A DNA stretch of 63,346 nucleotides, counting the filler, from Choristocarpus tenellus KU-1152 (taxonomy: Eukaryota > Protista > Phaeophyceae), in assembly GCA_964200185.2 (NCBI GenBank). It is 12 parts of 12 records of this genome, joined end to end, with 100 filler letters (N's around TTAATTAATTAA, not from the genome) between each part and the next. Parts side by side here need not be neighbours in the genome. Positions count along the whole stretch, not along the records: positions 1 to 7,891 come from CAXNAD020005435.1; positions 7,992 to 11,747 come from CAXNAD020018126.1; positions 11,848 to 15,452 come from CAXNAD020018996.1; positions 15,553 to 21,530 come from CAXNAD020009257.1; 8 more parts are not named here. One strand, written 5' to 3'. The translations under genes were made by a program, and so were the position numbers. The notes under the pieces were generated by a model, which was given only the letters and a program-made list of their open reading frames with translations, did no database searches and was not told where the DNA came from. Of the stretch, positions 1-18,420 are shown piece after piece (position 1 is the stretch's first letter; every line of letters begins with the position of its first letter).

Positions 1-324
1 TCTTTTCTCCCCCCCCCCCCTGTATATGCAATAGGAGCAGTTGCTGTTGTTCTATTGCCCTGTGGCACATTTATCTCCTAGCTTATGCTCTGAAGTTGGT
101 CTCTGTGTTTGTTCTCACATGGGATTATCACCAACCAGCAACTGCAGCAACCACTTGACATCTTGTGTGTGTTTTTTTTACATACACACTACTTACAATT
201 ATTGTTTTTTATTATTTTTGACATACACTGTACTTACAATTGTTATTGCTTTGTCCTTCATGTATGATCTTTTTGTATGGGTGTATGGATGTATGGATGT
301 GTATATTTCTTTTTTATATTGTAG

Positions 325-7711
<7,387 letters not shown>

Positions 7712-7891
7712 ATTTTGATGTTTAGAAGTGATTTGGTTTGGTTTGTGTTGTGTTGTGTTGTGTTGTGTTGTGTTTGCAGCTTGGTAAGTGTTAGGGATGT
7801 GTTTGCTTTGAGGTTACTTGGTTGGCAGCTTGGGTTGTGTCCAGATGGCGGTGGGTGTGGAGTATGTTTGGGGGGGGGGGGGGGGGGGGGG

Positions 7892-7991
7892 NNNNNNNNN
7901 NNNNNNNNNNNNNNNNNNNNNNNNNNNNNNNNNNNTTAATTAATTAANNNNNNNNNNNNNNNNNNNNNNNNNNNNNNNNNNNNNNNNNNNN
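7892..7991. other. Artificial contig-joining spacer (N44-TTAATTAATTAA-N44). Identical spacers at 11748-11847, 15453-15552, 21531-21630, 24767-24866, 37818-37917, 42766-42865, 46290-46389, 49035-49134, 57348-57447, 60083-60182
   Basis: Identical 100-bp N blocks with a six-frame stop linker; genes are cut off at them. Confidence 0.98.
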
Positions 7992-8944
7992 GGGGGGGAG
8001 GGGTTCTGTGGGGCATTGGCTGGGCCACAAGGAGGGTCTTGGACTAGCCCTGGGGATCGGTCAAGGGTTGTCCTTTCCCCACAACGCAGCACTTGTTGCT
8101 TGTGCCAAGGTGCTGATTTCTAGTTTGATACAGTTTGGTGTTAGGGTCAGGGTTATTATTTATTATTATTATTTATTCTTATTGTTTATTTGCTTACTAC
8201 GTGTTGACTTGTTAATTTAGTTGTTCGGTCATTGTTGATTTATCTATTGGTAGGGTTAGTGTTAGGGTTAGGGTTGGTGTCTTCTCAATGCGTTTACTCC
8301 TCTGACTAGGGTATCCCCAGATTGGAGAGGTGGAAGACCCTGAGTGAATAATGTCCAACGTGGGAGGTCGCTTTTGGGAATTTGGTATTCAAGGTGCTCT
8401 TTTGTTTTCACATTGTGCGGTATTTAGTATACACTAGTATGCACTAGTATACAGTAATATATACCATGCCTGAAAGTCAGTTAAATCATTTTCCCTTAGG
8501 AAGGAGGGTGCAGATATAGAAGAGAGGAGTAACTGTCAAAAGTAACTGTCAAAAGTAACTGCCAATACACTAGTATCGATAAGAAGAACAGTTCATACTG
8601 CTTTAATTGCATGTGCCACAAAGCAGATACAGGTTCAAAAAGCAACTGAACCCTACCCCCCTCTTAGATAGTACACTATACACATTATTGATAATAGATA
8701 GTAACCCTAACCCTAACCCTAACCCTAGCCCCCTCTTAGATGGTACACTGTAGACAACATTGATAATGGATACATGTATGTCATTGTCGAGGCCAGGGCT
8801 AAGATGGCGTTAGGGTTAGGGTAGTATTAATGGAGCAAAAAATTAAAAAATTAAAAGTGCCAAATTGTTTTTTTTCCGATTGATCGAACAGAAACCGATT
8901 GAACTGCTTGTCACAATTCACCAATTCACCAATTCACTACACTA

Positions 8945-8977
<33 letters not shown>

Positions 8978-9090
8978 CCACGGCTGACATTTTTTTGCAT
9001 TTTTTTATTTATTTGTAACAAATTGTTAATATTTTTTACTCTCTATCCATCTATCTCTCTCTTTGCCTTCCTTCCTTCCTTTTGTTTTGT

Positions 9091-9174
<84 letters not shown>

Positions 9175-10617
9175 TTGTTTGCTTGTTTGTTTGTTCCAGG
9201 GGTCCGAGAAGGAGATGGTTACTTCAACTGGGGCAGGGGGGGTTGTAGGTGAGGGCGAGGGGAAGAGAGTACCATCAACCGGGGATATTGAAGGGAGTAG
9301 TGGTGACAGCAAGACCTGCTGTTCTGCTGCGCTGGACATTCTGGAGGTGATGGAGGTAAGGAGGGTGTGCGTGTACTGTTTGGTGTAGTGTTTATCGTGA
9401 CTTGGGGGATATGGTATACCTTTTTGTGTCAAGTGGAAGAAGTGTGGCAAAAATAAAATAAAAAGTTGTTTCTTGGAGGTGTACCATTTTTTGTCAAAGC
9501 GAACGAAGTGTGGTATGAGAAAAAGAAGTATATCGCTCACTGCTTTGACAACAATATTGATCGTATGGCATTTTTGTGAGGATGTATCATGTTGTAGTTT
9601 GGGATTCTGCTCTGGGTGAACAGTCATATTTTTTGCAGCACTGAAAGTAATGTCAATAGCCATGATTGGTTTCGGGGAGTGTATTGTGAAATGTTCTTTT
9701 GATGGTTGAAGTACCGTACACCTCTTTCTGGTTATTATTTTATATGCATTAAAATTAAAATATTTCTTCAAATTACTTCCACTTTTTAGTAGTGATTTAA
9801 TTTTGCGAAATGATCTTTGTCGCGGACCGTGATCAGTTTTGCAGTAGTAGAATGGAACGTACTTGAAAACATGTTGAATCAAATAGTAGGTATTCTCCGT
9901 TCAATTTTTTTTTTTCATATTAGTGCCTGTGAGTGCAATCTAAGTTTTGGGTTGGCACTACTTGAGGGCTTGGGGCCCTACATATTCTTCAGATTTTTTT
10001 TTTTTTTCATTCAAATGACTTCCTATTTCCATTTTTTTTTCTTACAGTACAGTGTTACGGTCCCTTCTCTCTTGTGATTGTAGTGGTAAGAAGATGCGAT
10101 CTCGTTTCCGTAGGACATGGTCCTTCATTATTATTATATTATTATTTTGGCTATTGGTATTACCGCCATGGATGTACTTTTTTCTTATTTTCAGTATACC
10201 AAAAATAGTACTGCTCTGCTGTAGAGACTGCGTTTTTAGCTAGTTCATTTCAAGTTCTTTTGTTTTGTTCTGTTGTTAACCTGGCTGGCTCTCTCTCTCT
10301 CTCTCTGTTATCTAAAAAGACTTCAAATTTGTTTGTTTGTCCTGAGTATACGAGATCTTGGCACACTCAACTCAATCCCCTATTAACATTAATGCACCAA
10401 AACACCAAACATCCTGCCTGGGCTGGGGCATTTGTTTTTGTTGTGTGAAGCACCCTCCGCCAGACCTCACAAGCTTTGGAAGTGCCCTTGTGGCATGTGG
10501 TAACGAGGCGGAGGTAGACAGCTGCATGCTCCTCCTGGAGGAAATGGACGACCGAGGCATGATCCCTACTCTGTCAAATTACCACAGTGTGCTGGGGGCG
10601 TGTGCTGTGAGGGGGAG
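7992..10617 (+). CDS. Pentatricopeptide-repeat (PPR) protein, internal exons (partial)
   Basis: Exons <7992-8109 (...HNAALVACAK), 9200-9355 (GSEKEM...CSAALDILEVME) and 10451-10617 (HPPPDLTSFGSALVACGNEAEVDSCMLLLEEMDDRGMIPTLSNYHSVLGACAVRGR) join in phase 0 with GT-AG borders. They show the PPR pattern PD..S[FY]...L.AC...L.EM...G..P...Y..V..AC. Confidence 0.8.
8703..8728 (-). repeat. Interstitial telomere-like (TTAGGG)n tract
   Basis: aaccctaaccctaaccctaaccctag, lying between two copies of a ~45-bp unit (ccccctcttagat.gtacact.ta...attgataat.gata). Confidence 0.8.
9091..9190. repeat. (GCTT)n microsatellite directly upstream of the splice acceptor at 9199
   Basis: About 20 perfect TTGC units degrading into TTGT. 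Confidence 0.95.
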
Positions 10618-11141
10618 GTGGGTCAGAGGATATTGTGCTTTATGTGTTGGTCATGGCATGGAGGGAATGTAAGAATGAAGAAGAGTATTGTAGTCTTGAG
10701 GATGTACACAAACGGTGGTGTATGAGGGTGCATTGAAAAGTTTGGTGTCTGGGATGGATGAGGACAAGATGTTAGTATGCACTCAGTATAGAAGACGGGG
10801 TGAAAGGGTTTTGATGTACACTGTAAAATAGTACTGAATTTGCTTTTTTGTTGTTCGTTGTCTCTCATGGGGGTAGGTCGTTTTCATCTTGGTGCTGATG
10901 TCACTTCCCGTAGATGGTCAAATCACAGGTTCAGAATGTTCTAAGTGTTGGTTCCATGATGATGCATTGACAAGAGTGGGAATATTACTGGCATCGCTGT
11001 GGAAAAGTGTTGAAGTTAGGGGAGAAATGTGTACGTATGTGTGCGACTAGTGTGATTCGTATACTTCACAGGAAAAACGGTGTATATTCCGATCTTACAA
11101 TAACGTTTACAAGATTAAACGAAGTCCTTGATGTTCATGTT

Positions 11142-11213
11142 GGGCGCGTAGATCAGTGGTAGATCGCACGCTTCGCAAGCGTGAGGCCCCGGGTTCAATC
11201 CCCGGTGTGTCCA
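11142..11213 (+). tRNA. tRNA-Ala (anticodon CGC)
   Basis: Cloverleaf GGGCGCG-TA-GATC-AGTGGTA-GATC-G-CACGC-TTCGCAA-GCGTG-AGGCC-CCGGG-TTCAATC-CCCGG-TGTGTCC-A. Anticodon at 11174-11176, G3:U70 alanine identity pair, discriminator A, TTTTT Pol III terminator at 11216-11220. Confidence 0.93.
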
Positions 11214-11378
11214 AATTTTTGTCACTTGTACTAATAGTAAATACTAATTCTAATGTAATACGCTAATACTATATTATCCTGTTTGTTTTGCTCACGAATT
11301 CTCGATTATTATTATGATTTTATTCTACATTTGTATTCCTCCCTATTCCCTTTTCTCCCAATATTCTAACAACCCTTG

Positions 11379-11536
11379 TGACCAACCAGTACGACCTCTT
11401 CGCCACTGATTTCCAGTCACCCCCATATCTGATGACCAACCAGGGCGAACCCCCTTCGCCCCTGATTTCCAGTCACCCCTACATCTGATGACCAACCAGG
11501 GCGACCCCTTTTGCCACTGATTTCCGGTCTCTACCA
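11379..11536. repeat. Three-copy tandem repeat, ~55-bp unit
   Basis: tgaccaaccag..cga.ccc.tt.gcc.ctgatttcc.gtc...atctga repeated three times. Confidence 0.85.
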
Positions 11537-12389
11537 CCCTAACCCTTTCAACCCCACTCAACCCCACACCAGTTACCACTTCAGTCAACCCCACCCCACT
11601 TACCACTCCACCATACCATTCAACAACACTTAACACCACTCCACAATCATCCAAGAACACCCCTTCACCATCCCCTTCATACCATGCCTTTGAGCTAGAA
11701 GACATCCACCCCGCCCGAACTTGACCTCCCCTCCCACCCTGAGATCCNNNNNNNNNNNNNNNNNNNNNNNNNNNNNNNNNNNNNNNNNNNNTTAATTAAT
11801 TAANNNNNNNNNNNNNNNNNNNNNNNNNNNNNNNNNNNNNNNNNNNNCCCCCCATAAAAAAAAAAATTTAGGGGCCTTTTGCCCTTCCGCTCCCCAAAAG
11901 ACACCCCGGGGGAGCCCCCCCCCCCCCCCCCCCCTCCCAGACTAGGCCCTGCAAGCGCAGAGGCATTTTCATGCTGTCATTGTTGCTGCAGAAGCCACCT
12001 GACAAGAGCATATACTGCAACATCTGGTAGCCTCCTCAGAAGGATATATTCTGCTCAAGCTGTGCTTCATGTTCGAACCAGAAAAAGCAGGGTGTCGCAA
12101 CATGCAATAGGATGTTGGGTCAGCATCTTGGCATCTCCGGCTGATGGTCCACTTTGCAGTGGCAGGTGTGCTTTTATTGCCCTATGGATTGGCATTGACT
12201 GGAGGGAAGAGTCTATATTCCAAGGTACTTGGTACATCAAAAATTTCTGGAGTTAGGATCATTGCATGTTAGTCCTACCTAAGATACATGAGATAAATGA
12301 CGAGCAAATCTGGAGATCAGGACCCTTCAGAAATTGTCATGACAGTCTGCTAGCCCCCTCCACAACAACCCTAATAATGTCTTCATTCT

Positions 12390-12568
12390 GGCTCAAAGTA
12401 TCTCGGAGGGGGTGGCGGCTGTCCATTTGGGGTCAATTTTTTTATGTAGCAATTTTTGGGTTATTTGATTGCATACGTCGGAGGGATACTGTAAATGCAC
12501 TTTTCCTGATATTGGTCCAAATGGACAACCTGGTCTAGACCCCCCTCCCCTCCCAGATACTTTGGGTC
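12390..12568. mobile_element. Complete MITE of the CAAAGTATCT-TIR family with 3-bp TSD (TCT)
   Basis: Left end ggctcaaagtatctcggaggggg...tgtccatttgg; right end ccaaatggaca...ccctcccagatactttgggtc; TCT on both flanks (12387-12389 and 12569-12571). Confidence 0.8.
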
Positions 12569-14287
12569 TCTTTCTTCTGCTGAGTTAGAAGCGAGGTGGG
12601 TTGTGATAGTGAAGCTAGTTGATGTCAAATGTTTAGTTGTATTGCTGCAAAGGTTTAGTTGGGAGTGTAGTCATAACGGTGGATGTAAATGATGAGAATT
12701 GATTACAAACAGTGGGATAAAACAGGCTTAGCTGGTAAATCTCTCTCATCATACACTAACATCACTACAGTCAAGGATTCAACAAAAAAATGAGTGATCA
12801 AGTGAAGCCTCAACCACAAAATCTGTGTGGAGCTCTCCAGTAAGAAGACTCTTTATCTGCCAGTGACCTCATCAGTGATGACAGGAACAAGGAGAATAAT
12901 ATGTTAATGGTTATTCTAGGTGGAATGATATGACTACAACTGTGCAAGCATCCGGTAGACGTACATCTGAATCCGTATTCAATTGTTTTCATGTCTTACT
13001 ACTGAGAATAACTAATCCACACAAGAGTTGGTATTGATTTGATGAGTTAAATTGTTGAGAATATTTCAAGTATTAGGACGTCCAGCTAACATAAATGTCA
13101 GAATTCTATTCCCAGTTACATTATCTCAAATAGGCCCCGATTTTGGTTCTTCAAAGATTTCAATGCCTCTTCAAGCCTTGTGCTCCACATTTACCGTGCC
13201 CAAACATAAAATGCAGGTAATCCACCCTTAGTGAGGGTGGCTGTAGAAGAAAATGAGCTTTGCCATTATTGACCGAAAAGGCCCCTCCACAGTGCTCAAA
13301 ACACATATGCCACAAGCCAGTCCCCTGAAAGCCCGGTGACACTCCTCTTTTAGTGGCATCACTCTTTACAATGTAGGGTATACCTTACGCCTCAGATCAC
13401 AACTGTCCTGCCCACTCTATCTTCTACTTTAAGTAGCAGGCAACGTAGGTTGGTCTCCACTGTATACCAGAAGGAGGAAAAATATGTGAAAATTGTGGCA
13501 GAGTCACCTATCATTACGTTTCTAGTACTTACTTTGGCGGCTACGACTCAATTTCAGTGCCTTTTCTATACCCCTCTTCCGCTGCTACATTTTCTCTGCT
13601 TGCCACTTCCTTCACACTTCCGCATCATTCAGGATGGGCTAAGTTAAGAGTAGATGCCCACGAGCATAGAAAATTACAACCAAAGAACATTCTTTCCTTG
13701 GCGCCTTCTCTTCTACAAACCACACCTCCTCTACCGCCCTCCCTAGGCTCTGCTCCCCCAACCTCCGATGCAGACATTGTTGATATCACATTCGCCTCTT
13801 GAACAAAGAGAATTTTCTCACCTGAGCCATTACCCATGTCATTACTGCAACGGTTGTCGACTGTGGTCCTGACACGACCTATAGGAGCAATAGGAAATAG
13901 TGTTCGGCTATGCCTGTTAACAATCGACTGTAAAAAGTTCTCTAATACCGAGATTAACAACAAACCCTTTTCAGAGGAGAAAGGATGGTATGTTACAAAG
14001 CACTATATGGGTACATCTAGGTCACTCAAGGGATGTCCCATTCTGTTTGTTTCACACTTTTTTCTACATTTCTGTTACATTAATATCAGATTTTTCCCGC
14101 ACACAGTCAACACTAATATCATACCATATTGAACGATAAGTTCCACAAAAATCTGGAATCATTTTTCAACACTGGCGATACTGACAGAAACGGGAGTCGG
14201 TATTTCGGGGGGTGAGGTGGTACTAGCTACGAAGGTCCTTGGGTTAGTGCCTACAGTGTTAGCAGTCGCCTCGAGGATGAGATCAGC

Positions 14288-14552
14288 CTTGATATTTTTT
14301 TTAAAGGACTGGCCAACGAGTTAAACAACGATGAGCATATCAAATTAAATTTCGGATTTTTTTTTAGTAAGGTTAAAATTTTAGCCAAATGGTTTTGGCA
14401 CAACCTTGGAAATATTCCGGAATGAATTATCACGACCAAAAATGGTTTTCCGAAAACGTTCCTTTGAATCAGTGATAGCTTAGATCAAGAGCTTTCATTT
14501 GATATGCTGATCCTTGATTAACTCGTTGGTCAGCCTTTTCAAGAATATCAAG
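14288..14552. mobile_element. Foldback/MITE-like element with ~60-bp imperfect inverted arms
   Basis: cttgatatt...aaggactggccaacgagttaaacaacgatgagcatatcaaat pairs with atttgatatgctgatccttgattaactcgttggtcagccttttcaagaatatcaag. Confidence 0.75.
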
Positions 14553-15552
14553 ATTTGGTAACCGCCAAACAATACGTGGCATCAAAGAAAAGAAGTGCTT
14601 AGAGGCCTGTTTATAGTTTACAGAGCAGCGCTCTACTTTTCTTTCATTATTATCTGCTGTTTATTTTGTTTTGGTTAACAGGAGTTGGAATGCACCTGAT
14701 AACCGTTACGACATTCCCAAGTTACAGGTTTTACTCTGCAACCTTTACTGAATCGAAGCTCCTCTTTACATTGTCCCCCACGAGCGCATACTACTTGCGC
14801 TCGTTAGAACGTGAGAAGAAATACTCGCACTATTTGCCTTTAACATAGCTGCATCATAATATTCTGTTCTACAAATAGTTTTTTTCAGCATTTTATGAAG
14901 CAACCTCGAAGCCTGTGATATAGCCCATCCATGTATTGCTATATTTCTACCTTTGGGTACAGAATCAAAAACCAAGAAGGAGGTAAAGACCTATCTTGTG
15001 CGCTACAGAATTTGAAAATATACCAGCGAAGGAGTATCAAGCCACACTACTCTTCGCTTCTTTCTCGGTTTTCGACTGTGCACCTAATGGCAGGAATATA
15101 GCAAAACATGTGCTGTACCACAGGCGTTGAGGTTACCTCGTAGGATGCTGAAATACATCGTTTCTTTTATGAACAATAATAGCAATGTATTCTAGGGTAA
15201 GTCACACCCCATTTTCCATCACTCTTCTTGTTTGTAAAGTGAAAGAGTTGTCTGGTACAATTTAGGGGACCATAACAGGCATATTCACTACCTGATGCCT
15301 ACATGTGTTTCTGGCGCTCTTAATAGGGTGGGTGGTTCCCACTAGCATGCCTATGGATCCCTCAAAAGAGGGGGGGGGGGGGAAGCGAGTCTCTACACTC
15401 ATTTTGTTTTTTGCACATGGACCTACCGATTCACCAAGACTAAATATTTTTTNNNNNNNNNNNNNNNNNNNNNNNNNNNNNNNNNNNNNNNNNNNNTTAA
15501 TTAATTAANNNNNNNNNNNNNNNNNNNNNNNNNNNNNNNNNNNNNNNNNNNN

Positions 15553-15623
15553 CACCAAAAAAGTGAAAATCGAAAAAAGGGTGAAAAACGGACGCCGACA
15601 CCCCCCCCAAGATACTTTGACCC
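15553..15623. mobile_element. Terminal arm of a CAAAGTATCT-family MITE at a contig start
   Basis: Its reverse complement nearly matches 63193-63263 (caaagtatctt.ggggggg.tgtcggcgtccgtttttcac...tttttggtg). Confidence 0.8.
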
Positions 15624-15762
15624 TGTTCCAACAAATAGTACTGGTGGGGTTTGGCAATTTCCAGATGCTTCAGTATCTGCTTAGCATATATATATTTTTG
15701 TGATGTTATGGATGTCCCAACTCACTAAACAGACAATAAAAAGACATTAGTATATACTCTAT

Positions 15763-16494
15763 CCTTAGAGTCTGTATCGTTATGGTTTTTGTGAATAACT
15801 TCTTTAAATATGAGACTGAAAAAAAAAATCGTTCGAAAGGCAACAGCTTCGTTTTGGACATAAATACCTTCAAAATATATTTTTCATTCCGAAATGGATT
15901 AAAAATATATTTTTCGGAAGTGGCAGATTTAGCAAAAAGCAAGATCGGGGAAGAGTGGTTGGAAATGATGATTAATCGACCATAAAATCTCAACGAGATC
16001 TCCGATGATGATGAGATTAGTTGTGTTGGATTCCTTGGCGTTTTTTTCATAAAATAAACTACTGGTCGCTCTCGTTCTCTCCTGAGGGCGTTCCGGATCA
16101 CTTGATCCCTATTGATAGAGACGAGTACAACATGGCTATAACTTGGTGGGTTGAGGAAGAGAATGAGAGTGACGTTAACTTAATGTAAAAAACACCAAGG
16201 AGTCCAACGCAACTAATCGCGAGTTCATTGGAGGTCTCGTCGACACGTTACGGCTGATTAACCATCATTTCCAGTCATTTTTGACCAGTTTAGCTGTTTT
16301 TGCTTAATCTGCTGTTCTTGAAAAAAAGCAATTGCGTCGACGTCACAGTTTCTCAACCATTTCGAAATGAAAAATATTTTGAAGATATCTATCCACAAGT
16401 CGAAGTTGTTGGCTTTCGAAATATATATATATATTTTCTGAGTCTCATATTTGAAAACGTTACTAAAAAACCCATTAACGATGCAGACTTAAGG
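15763..16494. mobile_element. Large foldback element (~730 bp) with ~290-bp imperfect inverted arms
   Basis: agtctgtatcgtta...aaatatgagact...cttcaaaatatatttttcattccgaaatgg...gattagttgtgttggattccttggcgttttt is mirrored by aaaaacaccaaggagtccaacgcaactaatc...ccatttcgaaatgaaaaatattttgaag...agtctcatattt...taacgatgcagact. Confidence 0.85.
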
Positions 16495-16539
16495 GAACAC
16501 CATGAATCTTCTTTGCCCCCTGGATGAGGGAGAGATGAA

Positions 16540-18420
16540 GATCCTACCACCAAGATCTGGGTCTCAACAGGGAGACCCATTGGGCCCCCTCTAATATTGC
16601 ATGGCAACACACAAGGCCTTGCAACAGGTCCAATCAGTCTTTGGGTCCCAAGGGATATCCTCCCGAAGCTACCTGGATGACACATCCATATTAGCTTGAG
16701 AGATAGGCCCTAGCACTATAGCTGCTTTCGAGTAGTTAAAAACTAACTTCCATGAGGTAGGTATTGACCTCAATATGGACAAGACCTTTGCCGCGTCTCC
16801 CCAGGGCCACCAACTCATGCCCTCGGAACTGGGAGCTTCTCTCTACGGCGAGAATCAACCTAGCCCTGAACCCCAATGGTTTTGTCACTTTAGGGGCTCC
16901 GGTGGGAACAGATGGTTTCATTCAAGCTCACACCACTGAGGTGATTGAGAGCTCTGGGACACGAGCGTTAGCCACACACCTCAGCGAGGTGGAGGACAAC
17001 CAGGTGGCCTGGCTCCTCAACTCCTGGTCCCTCTCCTCCCGGCTAGGCTATCTAGTGAGGGTCATTCCCCCCCTCCTGGCACGCTCCACCATGGAGCAAG
17101 CAGACAACACCTCACTATGGACACTAGAGAGGACAATGGAGGTAGAAGACTCAACAGAAGACACCAATTTTTTTAAAGGAGGGTGCAACAATGGGTCTCT
17201 CCGCCTAGAGACCCACCAACAGGTACAGGCACAGATATCTACAAGTGCGGGGGTTCTGGGCCTATCCTCTATGAAACACCGCCAACACGCAGCTTTTGTA
17301 AGATCACTGGTAGCTACTCTCCCCACCCTCCTCGCAAGTCAGCAAGTAAGTGCCTCATGATGAATCCTTCTCGCAAGCTATCTTCACGAGCCCCATCATT
17401 CAGGCCTTAGGAACATCCATTCACTCCCTCCTAGCCACAGGTATCCCTCCAGAAGACCTTGCCGAAATCATTGGCCAAGACTGGGTAACCTGTGGGGGAA
17501 CAACACCCCCTGCACCTGCCCCAGAGGTACATATTCTAGCTGCTCATGACACCAGGATCACAAGGAGGGCTCAACACAAGATCACACGCCTCCTCAACAT
17601 GATCCGTTTTGACTCCTTCAGGACACAACTGGTTGGCCTTCTAAATGAGGTACACCAAAGGAGGGAAAGCTCCACATTGGCCCTAGTGCGCCACCGGAGC
17701 CAGTGTGGACAAGGGGCAAACGTGTGGGCCTCGACTCAACCTCTAGATCCCCCCTCTGGAATTCAAGCTCATAGTCAGCAGATCCCTAGGGAGGGAGGAG
17801 GCCCTATCCAACAGGTGTCCAGTGGCAGGGTGCAGGAGGAAAATGTGGATACCAGACATGCCCGTACCTGCCCCAGGGTAGAAGGACAGGTACGACAGCA
17901 TACTCCAATGGTGAAATGCCTGCACTAACTATGCAAGGGGATGAGCATCCCTTGCACTATGGAGGATGGTAGCCCTTTCACGGTGGACAGGAGTCTTCGC
18001 ATGGTTCTGGTGTTCCACGCAGGGGCACTAGCGGACACCAGAACAGCTCCCTACAGGGACAAAGGCCTTCTCCTAGATGTCACCTTCGCAGAGGTACAGG
18101 CAACCTCCTACCTGGCCTGCTCATCCACCAGCAATGGCGTAGCTGCTGCTGCAGTCGAGGCACGAAAGTGCATCCACTATGAGGGCTCCTTTGATCATTG
18201 TAGTTATAACCTCAACACCTTCGCGGTGGAAAGTTTTGGGCGCCTCAGCAATCAAGCGGAATGCTTCCTGGAAGAGCTGGCTACTCACATGGTAGGGGGG
18301 AGAGGAACTGGAGAATAAAGCAGAAAATGAGTAGTTAAATCCTGTCTACGCCAAATTGTCTCGGTAACTACGCAAGTGTCACTGCCTAGACGTGTCATGC
18401 GTTTTAAGCTGGAATCACCA
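16540..18420 (+). mobile_element. Decayed CRE-like non-LTR retrotransposon (RT plus C-terminal restriction-like endonuclease), 5'-truncated and frameshifted
   Basis: QQGDPLGP (16565-16588), YLDD (16670-16681), GFVTLGAPVGTDGF, Q.AWLL...SRLGYLVRVIPP, Q...S.GVLGLSS...AAFV.S, zinc-knuckle remnant HARTCP...H, and RLE motifs LLLDVT...AAA.EARKC.HY...FAVESFGRL. Confidence 0.85.

Noticed and set aside
7936-7947. TTAATTAATTAA motif recurring between N runs
   Set aside because: Artificial contig linker; it also rules out any gene-cluster interpretation across contigs.
8310-8393. AG...GT-bounded segment that looks like an extra PPR exon
   Set aside because: Stops in all three frames, and the flanking exons join in phase without it.
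9043-9882. 279-aa minus-strand ORF with KQAS repeats
   Set aside because: Produced by the (GCTT)n microsatellite and the antisense of a real exon; no domain signal.
11848-15452. Short ORFs on contig 3, with faint Ulp1- or transposase-like hints (e.g. LVFDS)
   Set aside because: No convincing motif set or spliceable gene model; probably decayed repeats.
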